This document shows positions 52,783 through 63,439 of a DNA stretch of 64,000 nt, piece by piece. This stretch comes from Rhynchopus sp. YZ270_cl-10 (Eukaryota). The stretch spans positions 1,612,001 through 1,676,000 of the forward strand of contig OZ037843.1 in the NCBI GenBank assembly GCA_964035575.1. The letters run 5' to 3'. Below the pieces are notes generated by a model. It did not search any database. It was not told where the DNA came from and saw only the letters and a list, made by a program, of their open reading frames with translations. Each line of letters opens with the position of its first letter. Positions within the stretch are counted from its first letter, which is position 1. The position numbers and the translations under genes are program-made.

Positions 52783-54040
52783 CATGGATGTAGAAAGTAC
52801 GTGACGAAAAAAAAGTACTTTTTTTCCAAAAATCGGGTTACGTGATACTTCACGTACGTGACGTTTTTTGAAAAAAAAATTTACGTGATTTACGTGATTT
52901 CAAAAAAAAAACGAAAAAAAGTACTTTTTTTTTTTTGAAAAAAAAAAAAGTACTTTTTTTTCCACGTGAAAATCAACGTACGTGAAAATATTGGAGCGTT
53001 TTCGGCCATAAAAATGCCCGAAAACACCCGCATTTGCATTTCCGGAATCCGCCCATTCTGTGGTGGGGGATATACAGAAAAATGGACAAAATTTTAGTGA
53101 CTAAAATTTTCACGAAATATGAACCCACACCCAAATGGGTAAAAAAGTACTTTTTTTTTCCATTTTTCGTCACGTACTTTTTTACTTTTTTTTAAAAACA
53201 AGTAATTGCTATCGGAAAAAAAACGGCGTGTGCTGTGGAACTCCACCCTGTAGAAGTAACCTACAACACACCCAGCACTCTGCTCTTCTGCAGGTATGAT
53301 AACGCTCTTCGTACGCTGCCAGACCCACTGGGACGCCAGCATCTGAAATGTTCAAGAAGGGGGGCTGTCCTCTTCATCCAGCACCATCTGATCGATAGCG
53401 TTGTTGGACGTAGTCTCGGCAGGCTCGGCGTGTTCCAGCTCATTTTTGTCCACAGGGTCCCACGCAGTGTCGTCGTCGTTGGAGCAGTGCGGAAGAAGCA
53501 CAGAATGCACAAACGACAACACGTCGATCACACCAGGCACAGCAGCACCTCCAGCAAATCGCTTGGATGCTACGGTGCTTTCGAAAATCACGCGGGGTTT
53601 TCCACAGCACACCCCGTTTTTTTCTTAGCAATTAGTTGTTCTTGTTGTTATTGTAATTTTCAATCACCTTCCTTCAACCCTTGTAGGATCAGTTCATATT
53701 TTTTTTCGCGAAAACTTGAAATTACACATTTCAAGAGAACAAATTAAAAGGGTCCTTATTTGCATTTTTGGGCTCCGCCCGTGCAGTGGTGGGGTCAATC
53801 TCGAAAATTGGACAATTTTTTGACCACTTAAATTTTGAGAAATATGAGCCCGGTTGCTTATACGTGGGGCCCATTTTCGGCTAAAATTTTCCTCAAAATC
53901 TGGTTTTGTAAAATTGACCCTTTACTCCCCCCCCACATCGATTTCAATACTATACCTTACTTCACCTACGGTTGCCCTTACAGGGGGGGTGAAGGAAGGT
54001 AAGTTGAAAAAAAGTACGTGAAGTACTTTCTACATCCATG
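52783..54040. mobile_element. Non-autonomous TIR element with CAT..ATG termini and a 6-bp TSD
   Basis: TIRs catggatgtagaaagtac / gtactttctacatccatg, ATCCTT duplicated on both sides, and subterminal tacgtga/aaaagtactttt repeats. Confidence 0.82.
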
Positions 54041-54409
54041 ATCCTTGGTATCTTTCAAAAAAAAAAAAAAAAAAAAAAAAAAAGCTTTTTACTGCTGTCT
54101 CCATGTATATTGGTGCAACAGAAACAAGAGTACCAAAAGTAATAAGGACCTTAGGTGACAGCTTTGTCATGTAAGGACAGCCTGTTGAAGCAGGTGACGG
54201 ATGCTTTCTGGTAAATTCGATGGGTGGGGGTTTCATTTTATGTACACACTGTTCACGAGAGGGCTTTGTATTTCATGTCAACTTTTTTTTGGCAACCTCC
54301 CCAGTCCCCCTTCCTAACGAACGTAAACATACAACACTATCACATCAACGAAAACACGCTCTCCCCTCCATAGCCCCTCTTTTCTCACTTATTTTTTCCT
54401 CCTACTTAT

Positions 54410-55036
54410 CAGAGGTTTTTTTAGGGACCGGTATTTTTGAGCTTAGGGGGGGTGAGATGATTTTTGGTCAAAAAAATTTTCGCGCGCTTCGCGCGCGAAG
54501 ACCCTGGAGAAGCTAGTTTGTGGGGTTTTTGGAATCCGTCCGCGCTGTGGTGGGGTCAATTTGACGAAATGGGCAAGTTCTTGCTTTGGTCAAAATGGGT
54601 GTAAGGTAAAGGGGCCAGTGAAAACATAGAGGATAATATACGAAACAAGAAAAGGGTGAAATGGGTCAAGGGCTGCCCGCCGCAGGCGGAAAATTTTGAT
54701 ATCATTCACTTTTTTGGGGTCAGCAACGAGTACCATGTCATGGGAAGAGTGGGATGCTAGCTTGCGCCGCAGGCGCACGGTACGCTACTTTTATTGTTTC
54801 GCCACATCCTTTTTCTCATTCCCCGTTTGGTTCTACGAGTTCCGTCCGTCAAATGTTAGAAACACTTGTACTTTATAGTCTTTGGAAAACACCTTCTAAC
54901 TCCGCCCTCGGCACCCTACATCAAGCTTGCTCCTCGAATCACCCAGTTCACAAGCATGCTCACCCCCCCTAAAAACTCAAAAAAAATCGTGAGAGGGGGT
55001 GAAACCCCCCCTCACCCCCCCTAAAAAAAAACTCTG
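54410..55036. mobile_element. hAT-type MITE
   Basis: TIRs cagaggtttttttaggg / ccctaaaaaaaaactctg, with a perfect 8-bp TSD CTACTTAT. Confidence 0.85.
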
Positions 55037-55706
55037 CTACTTATTTTTTTAGTTGCTCTCTTGTCTTCATCGATCTGGTTAGCGGTTGTACAAGCATATC
55101 CTGTCCACACCACAAACCTCTACCCACATGGTGCAATGAATGACGCCTTCTTCTATACTGAGCTCCTCCTCTGTTCCACTTTAATCCCGCTGCGCCAATT
55201 CGCAGATCGACAAGACGACGAATCTTGTCAGAGCTTGTCAGCATGCTCCTTACTCCCGTCAGTGAAGTCGGCCCTGGTAATTATGGCATCACAGTAGATC
55301 ATGTGGTCCTGGATGGACTTTTCCCAGTCTCTCGATGAAGGCAAGCTTCTGAGGGCCCGGATCTTCAGCGAGTCCTAGACATTGTCTTTCCGAAGAAAGG
55401 CATGTGTTCCACTGGGTTGCGACTCCAAGTGTCCATAATCATTGTCCTTTTGGGGTGTTTCCCATTGCTATGCAGACGCAATCCAACGCTGTAGCTGGGA
55501 GTGTCTAGATGAGCCCTTAGCTCAGTCTCTGCGTCTTTGTTAGTGCCCCACACAATGAGGTTGTAGTACTGCATGGTTAGGGTCCACTCACGATGCACTG
55601 TTCCTGTACCAAGGTGTTCATGTGAGGGCTGTTGTATTTCAAGTTCGTCAATCTTTTCGCGGATCCGCCAAGAGAAACCACGTTTCAACTAAAAGCATTC
55701 TTTTTT

Positions 55707-57495
55707 GGGGTAAGGACATTCTGGTACCCCCAAGTTTGACTTTTGGACAATTCAGACCCACAAGGTTTCGATAAAGACAATCCAGACCCACAAGGTTTAC
55801 GATAAAGACAGTTCAGAACCACAAGGTTTGCATTTTGGACAGTTCAACCCCACAAGGTTTGCACTTTGGACAGTTCAGACCTTGTGGGTCTGAACTGTCC
55901 AAAATGCAAACCTTGTGGTCTGAAGTGTCCAAAATACAAACCTTGTGGTTCTGAACTGTCCAAAAGTCAAACCTTGTACGTGTTTTCTTCTTCTAAGGTG
56001 CTTGCTCTCCATACCTAGACCCTCGAATTTTTTTTCTTGACCCCATACACATGGGTGCATTTCGACGATTTGAGGCCATTCAAAGCAAAAGTTGGCACTT
56101 TTGAGCATCTGGGGGGTCTAAAACACGGTTTTGCGTACACCACGCTGGATGATAGGGGTCACATGATAGGTCACATCATGTGGCCATATATCAAGTTACA
56201 CCGCAAAAATAAACCAGACCCTGTCTTCGTGCACCTTTTTTCACCCACCCATACCTCACAGGATTACACCAAAATAATGAAAATTGGGTTTCAAGTACCC
56301 TGTTTCTCTCAGAAGTCAGTCACTGCTATTGCCATTTAACCCAGGGAGCGTAGCTAGTGCAAGAAATTCGACCTTTGGAAACTTTCCGGAAAGTCTGTCC
56401 TCTGCTCGCGGAGGACGAGGCACAAAAAAATATTGCGTTCCCCCAGAAAGCGCACATTTCACACTCCTTGTGGGTGGTCTTGTTGCCTTTTTTGTCACAG
56501 TAATTTTGGCCCAGGCATGCTCTTGAGCATGACAATTTAGTGTGTATGGGGCAGGGTGTTGTTTTGTTCTGAATTCTCTAGTTATCTGAGTCAATCGCGG
56601 GTGGTGGTTTGTGTAGCGTGAGGCGCTCTTTTTAACAAACTTCCTGCAGTCGATAATAACCTTTAAGGGGGGGGGGGGGGGGTGGTTTGCGGACGCTGCC
56701 ATATGCACTGTTGTTATTTCTTCGGATTTATCATCATACAGCGTAACATAGTGGATTCGCCTGGTCGACACAACCTTTGATAGATATGGGATAACCAACC
56801 CCCTTCGACCCCTCGTGGGTTCACTGAACAAGCCCTCGTGGTAGTTAAACGCGATTGAACATTTAAATTCCTAGAGATGAAAGAACAAGACAACACTTCT
56901 GTACCCGCGCATCAAAATTGTGGAAAACTTTGCACCCCAAACACCCTCAACAACGCCCGCCAAAAGGCGCCCCTTGTTGCTGGGAGTTGGTTCTCATGTT
57001 TGATACCTGCACAGCAGGCATTCCTCTGAGTCCAACGCATGTTTGGCCTGTCTGCGGCGTTGTACGAAGACAGGGTCTGGTAGATTTTTGCGGTGTAACT
57101 TGATATATGGCCACATGATGTGACCTATCATGTGACCCCTATCATCCAGCGTGGTGTACGCAAAACCGTGTTTTAGACCCCCGCAGATGCTCAAAAGTGC
57201 CAACTTTTGCTTTGAATGGCCTCAAATCGTCGAAATGCACCCATATGTATGGGGTCAAGAAAAATAATTCGAGGGTCTAGGTATGGAGAGCAAGCACCTT
57301 AGAAGAAGAAAACACGTACAAGGTTTGACTTTTGGACAGTTCAGAACCACAAGGTCTGAACTGTCCAAAGTGCAAACCTTGTGGGGTTGAACTGTCCAAA
57401 ATGCAAACCTTGTGGGTCTGAATTGTCTTTATCGAAACCTTGTGGTCTGAATTGTCCAAAAGTCAAACTTGGGGGTACCAGAATGTCCTTACCCC
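55707..57495. mobile_element. Mutator-like (MULE)/foldback element with ~430-520-bp TIRs
   Basis: TIRs begin ggggtaaggacattctggtacccccaagtttgac and extend to ~56230 and ~57060. Perfect 9-bp TSD TTCTTTTTT. The internal sequence is shared, inverted, with 51165-51490. Confidence 0.88.
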
Positions 57496-57621
57496 TTCTT
57501 TTTTTTTTGTGGACTGGATCAACAAAACTGCTCCCTTCCCTCTGCTCTTTTGAACGTAACACAACCACTCCCATGCTCCTCACTCCTCAGAAGACAAACC
57601 TTTTTTTCGTCGTTTCTGCAA

Positions 57622-60600
57622 ATGGGTTCCAATCCGGATCTGAAGCCAGGCGACAACAACAGGTCTGCCCTGGTGAGCGCGCAGGCCTTGCTGATGGAGA
57701 ACTACACAACACCGTCACAGGCGGTCCCGCATGGATCCTTCAGGTGCACATCGTACGCTCCTGTGGACGGGTCTGCCCCACAGGCGCACATCTTCATCAT
57801 CGACACTGACGACAACAAGACGGTGCGGCACTACCAAGAGGACCCCGCCAGCTTCACTGGCTGGACTGGTGAGGACATCGGTCTGAATGGGTCGAAAACT
57901 AAACAGCTGGTTGCAGGCTACGATGAGAAGGGACTCGTTCTGTTCTGTCTGAGCACCTCCCTCGAGGTGAGCTACATGCGTGCCCTCCCAGTCAACAAGA
58001 AGGGCAAAGTGACCTTCCTCCCCATGACGTGGACGACCATCGGGGCATTCCCGTCTAAGTACAGCTCGCACTCCACGACGCAGGTGCTCTCGCTTGCCAC
58101 AGACATGAAGCTGTACGCAGGGTGGGAGCGGACCGACACCAGCAGCGAGTATCTGGTGTGGCAGATCGACTGGTCGAAGACGTCGGACAACTGGTCGCAG
58201 CTGCAGATGGACCACAGCCACAAGTACTTCTTCACCCTGCAGGGTGGTGACGACAGTGTGTACGTGTCGGTGTCCGACAGCAACGGGGACAATTTCTACA
58301 TCAACCGTTACGAAGACAAGTCGTGGACAACAATCTGGACAAGCAGCAAGTACAAAAGCAAGCAGCTGGAGGCCACGACACTGCCGCAACAGAAGAACTG
58401 CCACGGGGTGTACTCACGCGACTCAAGCAACACGTTGCAGTGGCATTCGTACAACAGCTCCACAAAGGAGACGACGTCGACGGAGCTGATGAAGATGCAC
58501 GTTGAGGACTTCACTGTCGTGCAAGGGGAGACGTCTGAGTTCGAAAAGATCATTGCTGTGACGACGGACAACCTTCTGTACTCCGTGTCGTACGACGGGA
58601 CGGACTTCTCTGACCCCATTCAGGTGGGTGCAGCTGCGTCCGACATCATCGGTGCTTCCTTTTCTGGGGACACGAACCACGCAGCACTGTTCTACTCGCA
58701 CACTTCGGGGAACCTTGTGGAGATGACACAGAGCAGCGACGATGCGTTCCACCGTACACACGTGTGCGTCGAACCCGACGAGACGTTCAAGGACCCAAGC
58801 GAGTCGTCTGGGATCGCTGCAGGGTACCACTATGGTTCCCCAGAGCTGTTCTCGATGTCGGGCTCGAAGATATACCGCTACACTGCGAACTCAAAGGCAG
58901 ACCTGCTTCAGCACCTTTGGACGAAAAACGATGCCGACTTCCCCGACAACCACACACCAGCCTCCATCTGCAACACGACAGACAGCAAGGGTCGTATCGT
59001 GCTCTTCTGTGAGGACGACAAGGGGGAGGTGTGGGTGCGCACCTTTGGTGTGCCTCAGGGGTGGCAGTCGCTTGGGAACGGACCTTCGGGCGGGATCTCC
59101 AAGGTCTTCAGTGCGGGGCTGGTGAACGACGTCGTGACGCTGATGTCAGTTGTGACGTTTACATCGGAGACGAAGGTGTACAATGTGATCCTCACTGCTG
59201 GCGACGACTTTGGGAAGTGGGATCAGGCGACGTCGAACGACCATGGCAGTGCGACCAGCGTTTCTGTTGGGCCGAACAGCCACGCAGACGGGTTTTTCAC
59301 AAACTCAAAGAACGGTGGGATCTACTTTTATGAGTTGGGGACCCTGAACTCGCAGCAGACGTACTCGCATTCCATCAAGTACGACACAGTGTACGCAACG
59401 CCGACCAGCACAGACGAAGTCATTGCGGAGTCGCAGCACACGCTGCACTACGTGACCCCGTACGAGGACCAGCGCATCTCGTACCGTCAGTTCAACAACG
59501 GCAGGCTTTCGATGTACTACAACGAAGCAGGGCAACTTGTTTTCTTGGACTCTGGCTACGGTGACTCGTACTACATCTACCGCATCACGATGACGTCACC
59601 AGGACAGTTCTCCACCGACACAACGGCAGCGACAAGCTGCATTGCGGCCGTCGGACTCAGTGACGACGTCGTCTTTGGACGTGACAATAACACGTACCCC
59701 TCGCAGTTCAAGTTGAAGAATCAGTCAGACCTCCTTCCGACGTACACCGTTCCCAGGCTCCAGCAGAAGACTGGAGACAACAACGAACGTCCGCTGACGA
59801 AGTTTGCGTCGTGGAACATCAACTTCATGGTGACGGACAAGAACGGGGTCGGTATGGCGGGCCAAAAGGTGTCGTACAAGCCTGTTGAGGACGACGTGGT
59901 GCTGCGTGTGAACGGGAAGCTTGTGAGCGTTGGGCAGAGCGACCCGGAGATGGTTGCACACACAAACGCACGTGGTGCTGTCAACTTGATGAGTGTTGCT
60001 GACTCCCTGCACTGCCCTGTGTTCGAGGTGTGGACAGACCTGCACACCGACCTTGACGACGAAGCGACGTCTGTCCTTGAGCCGAACAACGAGGAGCAGC
60101 TGTACCTTGGGCAGGTGACGCTGGAGGAGCTTCAGGACGCAACCACACACGACCTGAAAGGGGACGGCAAGCGCGAGAAGCTGTTCCCGTCGGACCAGGA
60201 AGGGCTGAACCAGGACTTTGTGTTGGGACTGCACGCCACTGTGAACGCAGGCACACATTCGACAGACATCACAAACGCGTACGACCTGAGCTCCATCACC
60301 TCACGCAACAGCAGGGGCACGATCCTCCACTCGACCACCCACGCACGTGCACACGAGATCCGCCGACTGGACCCAAAGACCTGCGCGAAGACAAGCTTCC
60401 GCATCAAGTACCTCCGTAACGCAAAGGGGAAGAGGAGTGTTGAGTACGAGTCGCTTCCGCCAAACGTCGTGTCCACGATTATCGATGACATGGACGGTGA
60501 GCCGTACACAGGCACGTACGGTGAGCTTATGGCGAGTGCGAACTTAGGCTTCGTGGACGTGACGGGGACAGCCTTCGTTGGTGAGGATGCGACGAGGCCT

Positions 60601-62340
60601 AGTGGGAAGAAGGGTTTCTTCAAGAAGGGTCTGAAGGCTGCTGTGAGCTTCGTTGTGGGCGGCGTGAAGAAGGTGTGGAAGGGTGTGGTCGAGTTTGTTG
60701 AGGACGTGATGTCTGCTGCACAGTCGCTCTTTGCACACCTTGGTGTTCTGTTCGATAAGATGTTTGAGTGGCTCGGGTCGTTCTTCGCTTGGAAGGACAT
60801 CCTGAACACGAGCAACCTCATTAGCATGTACGTGAAGACATTTTTACAAAATGGGCCAAACGTCTGCAACAGCTTCGCTAATAAGTTTGACGAGGGCGTC
60901 GACACACTGAAGGAGAAGTTTGGTCATGGCGCGCCTGATGACTATCCTGAATCTGTGACCAAAGCAATGAACGTCACTGCGGATGATGGCATGGATATGG
61001 CCAATGACGTGAACCAAGAAATTGGCGACCCTGGCAGGTCTCAGCAGGACACGAACAAGACCGTGTACGGCACAGACCCACAGGCGACGTGGCTTACAGA
61101 TATATTCACAGCTGTGGCGCCGACAATGGAGGACACTGACGTCTTTGAAGCGACTGAGAAGCTGGCGTCGCTTTCAAGCCAAATGAAGTCCGACACTGAG
61201 GGCGCCATGAACGCCGCTGCTGACGGCCAGACGGACAATGCGGAATACGCGTCGGAGACTGTGAACAAGGAAGGCACGAGCTTCTGCCTGAAGGACTTCC
61301 TGGACAACATGAGGAAGACCCTCGTGGACGCTGCTCTCGATGGCACGAAGACAGCTATGGACTTTTTCTTCAAACTGGGGGGAGAGATGCTGGAAGAGTA
61401 CCTCACGATCATCACCAGGAAGATCAAGATCCCCATCATCTCGACTCTGTGGAAAACCGTCATCACCGACGGCGACGAGCTCACACTGCTGGACCTCTTC
61501 TGTCTCCTGGGTGCTGTGCCTGCGACCCTGGCATACAAGCTGATGATGTTCGCCAAGACCGGCCACATCTACCCCCCAGTTGTGGCGAAGTCTGGAGACA
61601 TCAAAAACAGCACTTACCAAGTTTCATTGGACCAGGTGTCGGACAGGCTGAATGGCATGTTCAAGGAGGATACCACACGCACAGAGGGGGCTGACGACGA
61701 CGAGGACGATGGGGGGGATGTGACAATTAGCTTTCTCTTTGGTTTTGTGTACTCTTTTAACTATTTAATCATGTCTGGTTTTGACGGCTACGAGGCTTTC
61801 ACGGGTTTGAAGGTGATGAAGGCCCTCGTGGTCGCGAACTCCGCATGCGCTCTCGTTATGTCCTTTCCAAATTGGTTTGGTGGAGCGAAGTTTTGGGACA
61901 GTTTCACAACAGAGATGATTGTCCGCGATGTTGCGTGGGTGATAAACTTGCCGATATTCTTCTTCAGCTTATGTACATGGGCGGGCGATACGGTGGACCT
62001 CTTTATGTTTGTGTTGGGTTCGCTGCACGCGGTCTCTTATGTTGTTGTGGGGATTGTGGAGGCAGTTATACTTTCAAACAACCCGGACCCGCCGCCGTTG
62101 TCAAACTTTGTTATGAAGTTCGTGCAGGGCACCTGCACCGCCATTGGGGAACAGATCACTTTGGGTCGCAATGCAGCGTCAAAAACCTGGCTTGCCGACC
62201 CCGAGCCGGTCACTAAGGGACTGGTAGGACTCGCAATCGTAGTGTATGAGATCGTTGCCTTCGCGGGGCCTGGCGCCCTCAGTCTCATCCGTGCAGGGCA
62301 GGATCTGGTCCTGGATCAGACACATCGTGTTGCAGCGTAA
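57622..62340 (+). CDS. Large uncharacterised protein (1572 aa): beta-propeller-like N-half, Ig-like segment, amphipathic/hydrophobic helical C-terminus
   Basis: Long intact ORF with host-like codon usage, start at ctgcaaATG after a pyrimidine-rich run. The ORF-track N-terminal extension overlaps the MULE TIR. Confidence 0.85.
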   Translation: MGSNPDLKPGDNNRSALVSAQALLMENYTTPSQAVPHGSFRCTSYAPVDGSAPQAHIFIIDTDDNKTVRHYQEDPASFTGWTGEDIGLNGSKTKQLVAGYDEKGLVLFCLSTSLEVSYMRALPVNKKGKVTFLPMTWTTIGAFPSKYSSHSTTQVLSLATDMKLYAGWERTDTSSEYLVWQIDWSKTSDNWSQLQMDHSHKYFFTLQGGDDSVYVSVSDSNGDNFYINRYEDKSWTTIWTSSKYKSKQLEATTLPQQKNCHGVYSRDSSNTLQWHSYNSSTKETTSTELMKMHVEDFTVVQGETSEFEKIIAVTTDNLLYSVSYDGTDFSDPIQVGAAASDIIGASFSGDTNHAALFYSHTSGNLVEMTQSSDDAFHRTHVCVEPDETFKDPSESSGIAAGYHYGSPELFSMSGSKIYRYTANSKADLLQHLWTKNDADFPDNHTPASICNTTDSKGRIVLFCEDDKGEVWVRTFGVPQGWQSLGNGPSGGISKVFSAGLVNDVVTLMSVVTFTSETKVYNVILTAGDDFGKWDQATSNDHGSATSVSVGPNSHADGFFTNSKNGGIYFYELGTLNSQQTYSHSIKYDTVYATPTSTDEVIAESQHTLHYVTPYEDQRISYRQFNNGRLSMYYNEAGQLVFLDSGYGDSYYIYRITMTSPGQFSTDTTAATSCIAAVGLSDDVVFGRDNNTYPSQFKLKNQSDLLPTYTVPRLQQKTGDNNERPLTKFASWNINFMVTDKNGVGMAGQKVSYKPVEDDVVLRVNGKLVSVGQSDPEMVAHTNARGAVNLMSVADSLHCPVFEVWTDLHTDLDDEATSVLEPNNEEQLYLGQVTLEELQDATTHDLKGDGKREKLFPSDQEGLNQDFVLGLHATVNAGTHSTDITNAYDLSSITSRNSRGTILHSTTHARAHEIRRLDPKTCAKTSFRIKYLRNAKGKRSVEYESLPPNVVSTIIDDMDGEPYTGTYGELMASANLGFVDVTGTAFVGEDATRPSGKKGFFKKGLKAAVSFVVGGVKKVWKGVVEFVEDVMSAAQSLFAHLGVLFDKMFEWLGSFFAWKDILNTSNLISMYVKTFLQNGPNVCNSFANKFDEGVDTLKEKFGHGAPDDYPESVTKAMNVTADDGMDMANDVNQEIGDPGRSQQDTNKTVYGTDPQATWLTDIFTAVAPTMEDTDVFEATEKLASLSSQMKSDTEGAMNAAADGQTDNAEYASETVNKEGTSFCLKDFLDNMRKTLVDAALDGTKTAMDFFFKLGGEMLEEYLTIITRKIKIPIISTLWKTVITDGDELTLLDLFCLLGAVPATLAYKLMMFAKTGHIYPPVVAKSGDIKNSTYQVSLDQVSDRLNGMFKEDTTRTEGADDDEDDGGDVTISFLFGFVYSFNYLIMSGFDGYEAFTGLKVMKALVVANSACALVMSFPNWFGGAKFWDSFTTEMIVRDVAWVINLPIFFFSLCTWAGDTVDLFMFVLGSLHAVSYVVVGIVEAVILSNNPDPPPLSNFVMKFVQGTCTAIGEQITLGRNAASKTWLADPEPVTKGLVGLAIVVYEIVAFAGPGALSLIRAGQDLVLDQTHRVAA

Positions 62341-62680
62341 GGCAACGACCGTGTTCTCCCTTGTTGCCTGTTATTGTGTCCAACGGAGTGGGGTTGTGTA
62401 GAGATCTTATGAATGGAAGGTATCTATTTTTGCAATGATTCTGCCTAAAAAGGGGGCGAGGTGCTTGCAACGTTTCTTGTTTGTGTTCCCCAATGTCTTG
62501 CTTCATGCACGTTTTTTGTGATTAACGGCTTACGATAAAACGAAAAAGAGTGTTTTATTGCATCGGTGACAGTTGAGTGTTCAGAACCTGCGTCACAGAG
62601 GCGTTTGCACCTGTCATACTTCACTTTTATTCGTTTGTAGTGTCCTTGAAGTCCGTCAGATTATAGTATTTTTGTTCTTA

Positions 62681-63439
62681 GGGTAGTGTAACTTTTTCGG
62701 TCTGTTACCGTTATTATGGTGTTCGAAAAAACCGGCGGGCGGCGGAGAAAAAAAGTTATGAAGAAAAAAAAGTTTTACCAGGGGAAAAAAAGTTATGAAG
62801 AGATTTTCTTACATTTTTCCAGAGTTTTCTTCACAGTAAAATCCTTATTTTCGTGACGTGTAGCATTTTGTGTTTTCTCTTTGTCTGTTGGCTGGGTACC
62901 TAGGTTCCTGGACACCGGGTGCCCGGTTCCCAGAACGGCTGGGTACCAGAAAGTTATAGGTACTACAGTGTGTACAGTGTACAGTGTACAGTGTACAGTG
63001 TACAGTGTACAGTGTACAGTGTACAGTGTACAGTGTACAGTGTACAGTGTACAGTGTACAGTGTACAGTGTACAGTGTACAGTGTACAGTGTACAGTGTA
63101 CAGTGTACAGTGTACAGTGTACAGTGTACAGTGTACAGTGTACAGTGTACAGTGTACAGTGTACAGTGTACAGTGTACAGTGTACAGTGTACAGTGTACA
63201 CAGCGTACAAGAAAACACTTGTGAAGGAAAACGACCTTTCTCTCGAGAAAAAATTGCTTACTCACCAAGTGATCGTGAGGTGCTATGGGTATGGGCCCTG
63301 TACAGCCCCACCCACATCTTTCCTATAGAACCTCTTCATAACTTTTTTCCCTAGGTACTTTCTACATAACTTTTTTTTCTTGGTTTTCAAAAAATCCGGC
63401 GGGCGGTAACGGTAACAGGCTGAATAAGTTACACTACCC
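62681..63439. mobile_element. PIF/Harbinger-like MITE
   Basis: TIRs gggtagtgtaactt..ctgttaccgtta / taacggtaacag..aagttacactaccc, with a TTA TSD at 62678-62680 and 63440-63442. Confidence 0.85.
62973..63200. repeat. Tandem 7-mer (TACAGTG)x~32
   Basis: Perfect array inside the Harbinger-like MITE. Confidence 0.97.

Noticed and set aside
55041..55688. Possible minus-strand gene remnant
   Set aside because: Composition is coding-like, but there are multiple stops and no recognisable motif.
62793..63354. ORFs with repeating YTVHCTL/VYSVQCT, and YTV/CVY ORFs at 8205-9059
   Set aside because: They are translations of microsatellites.
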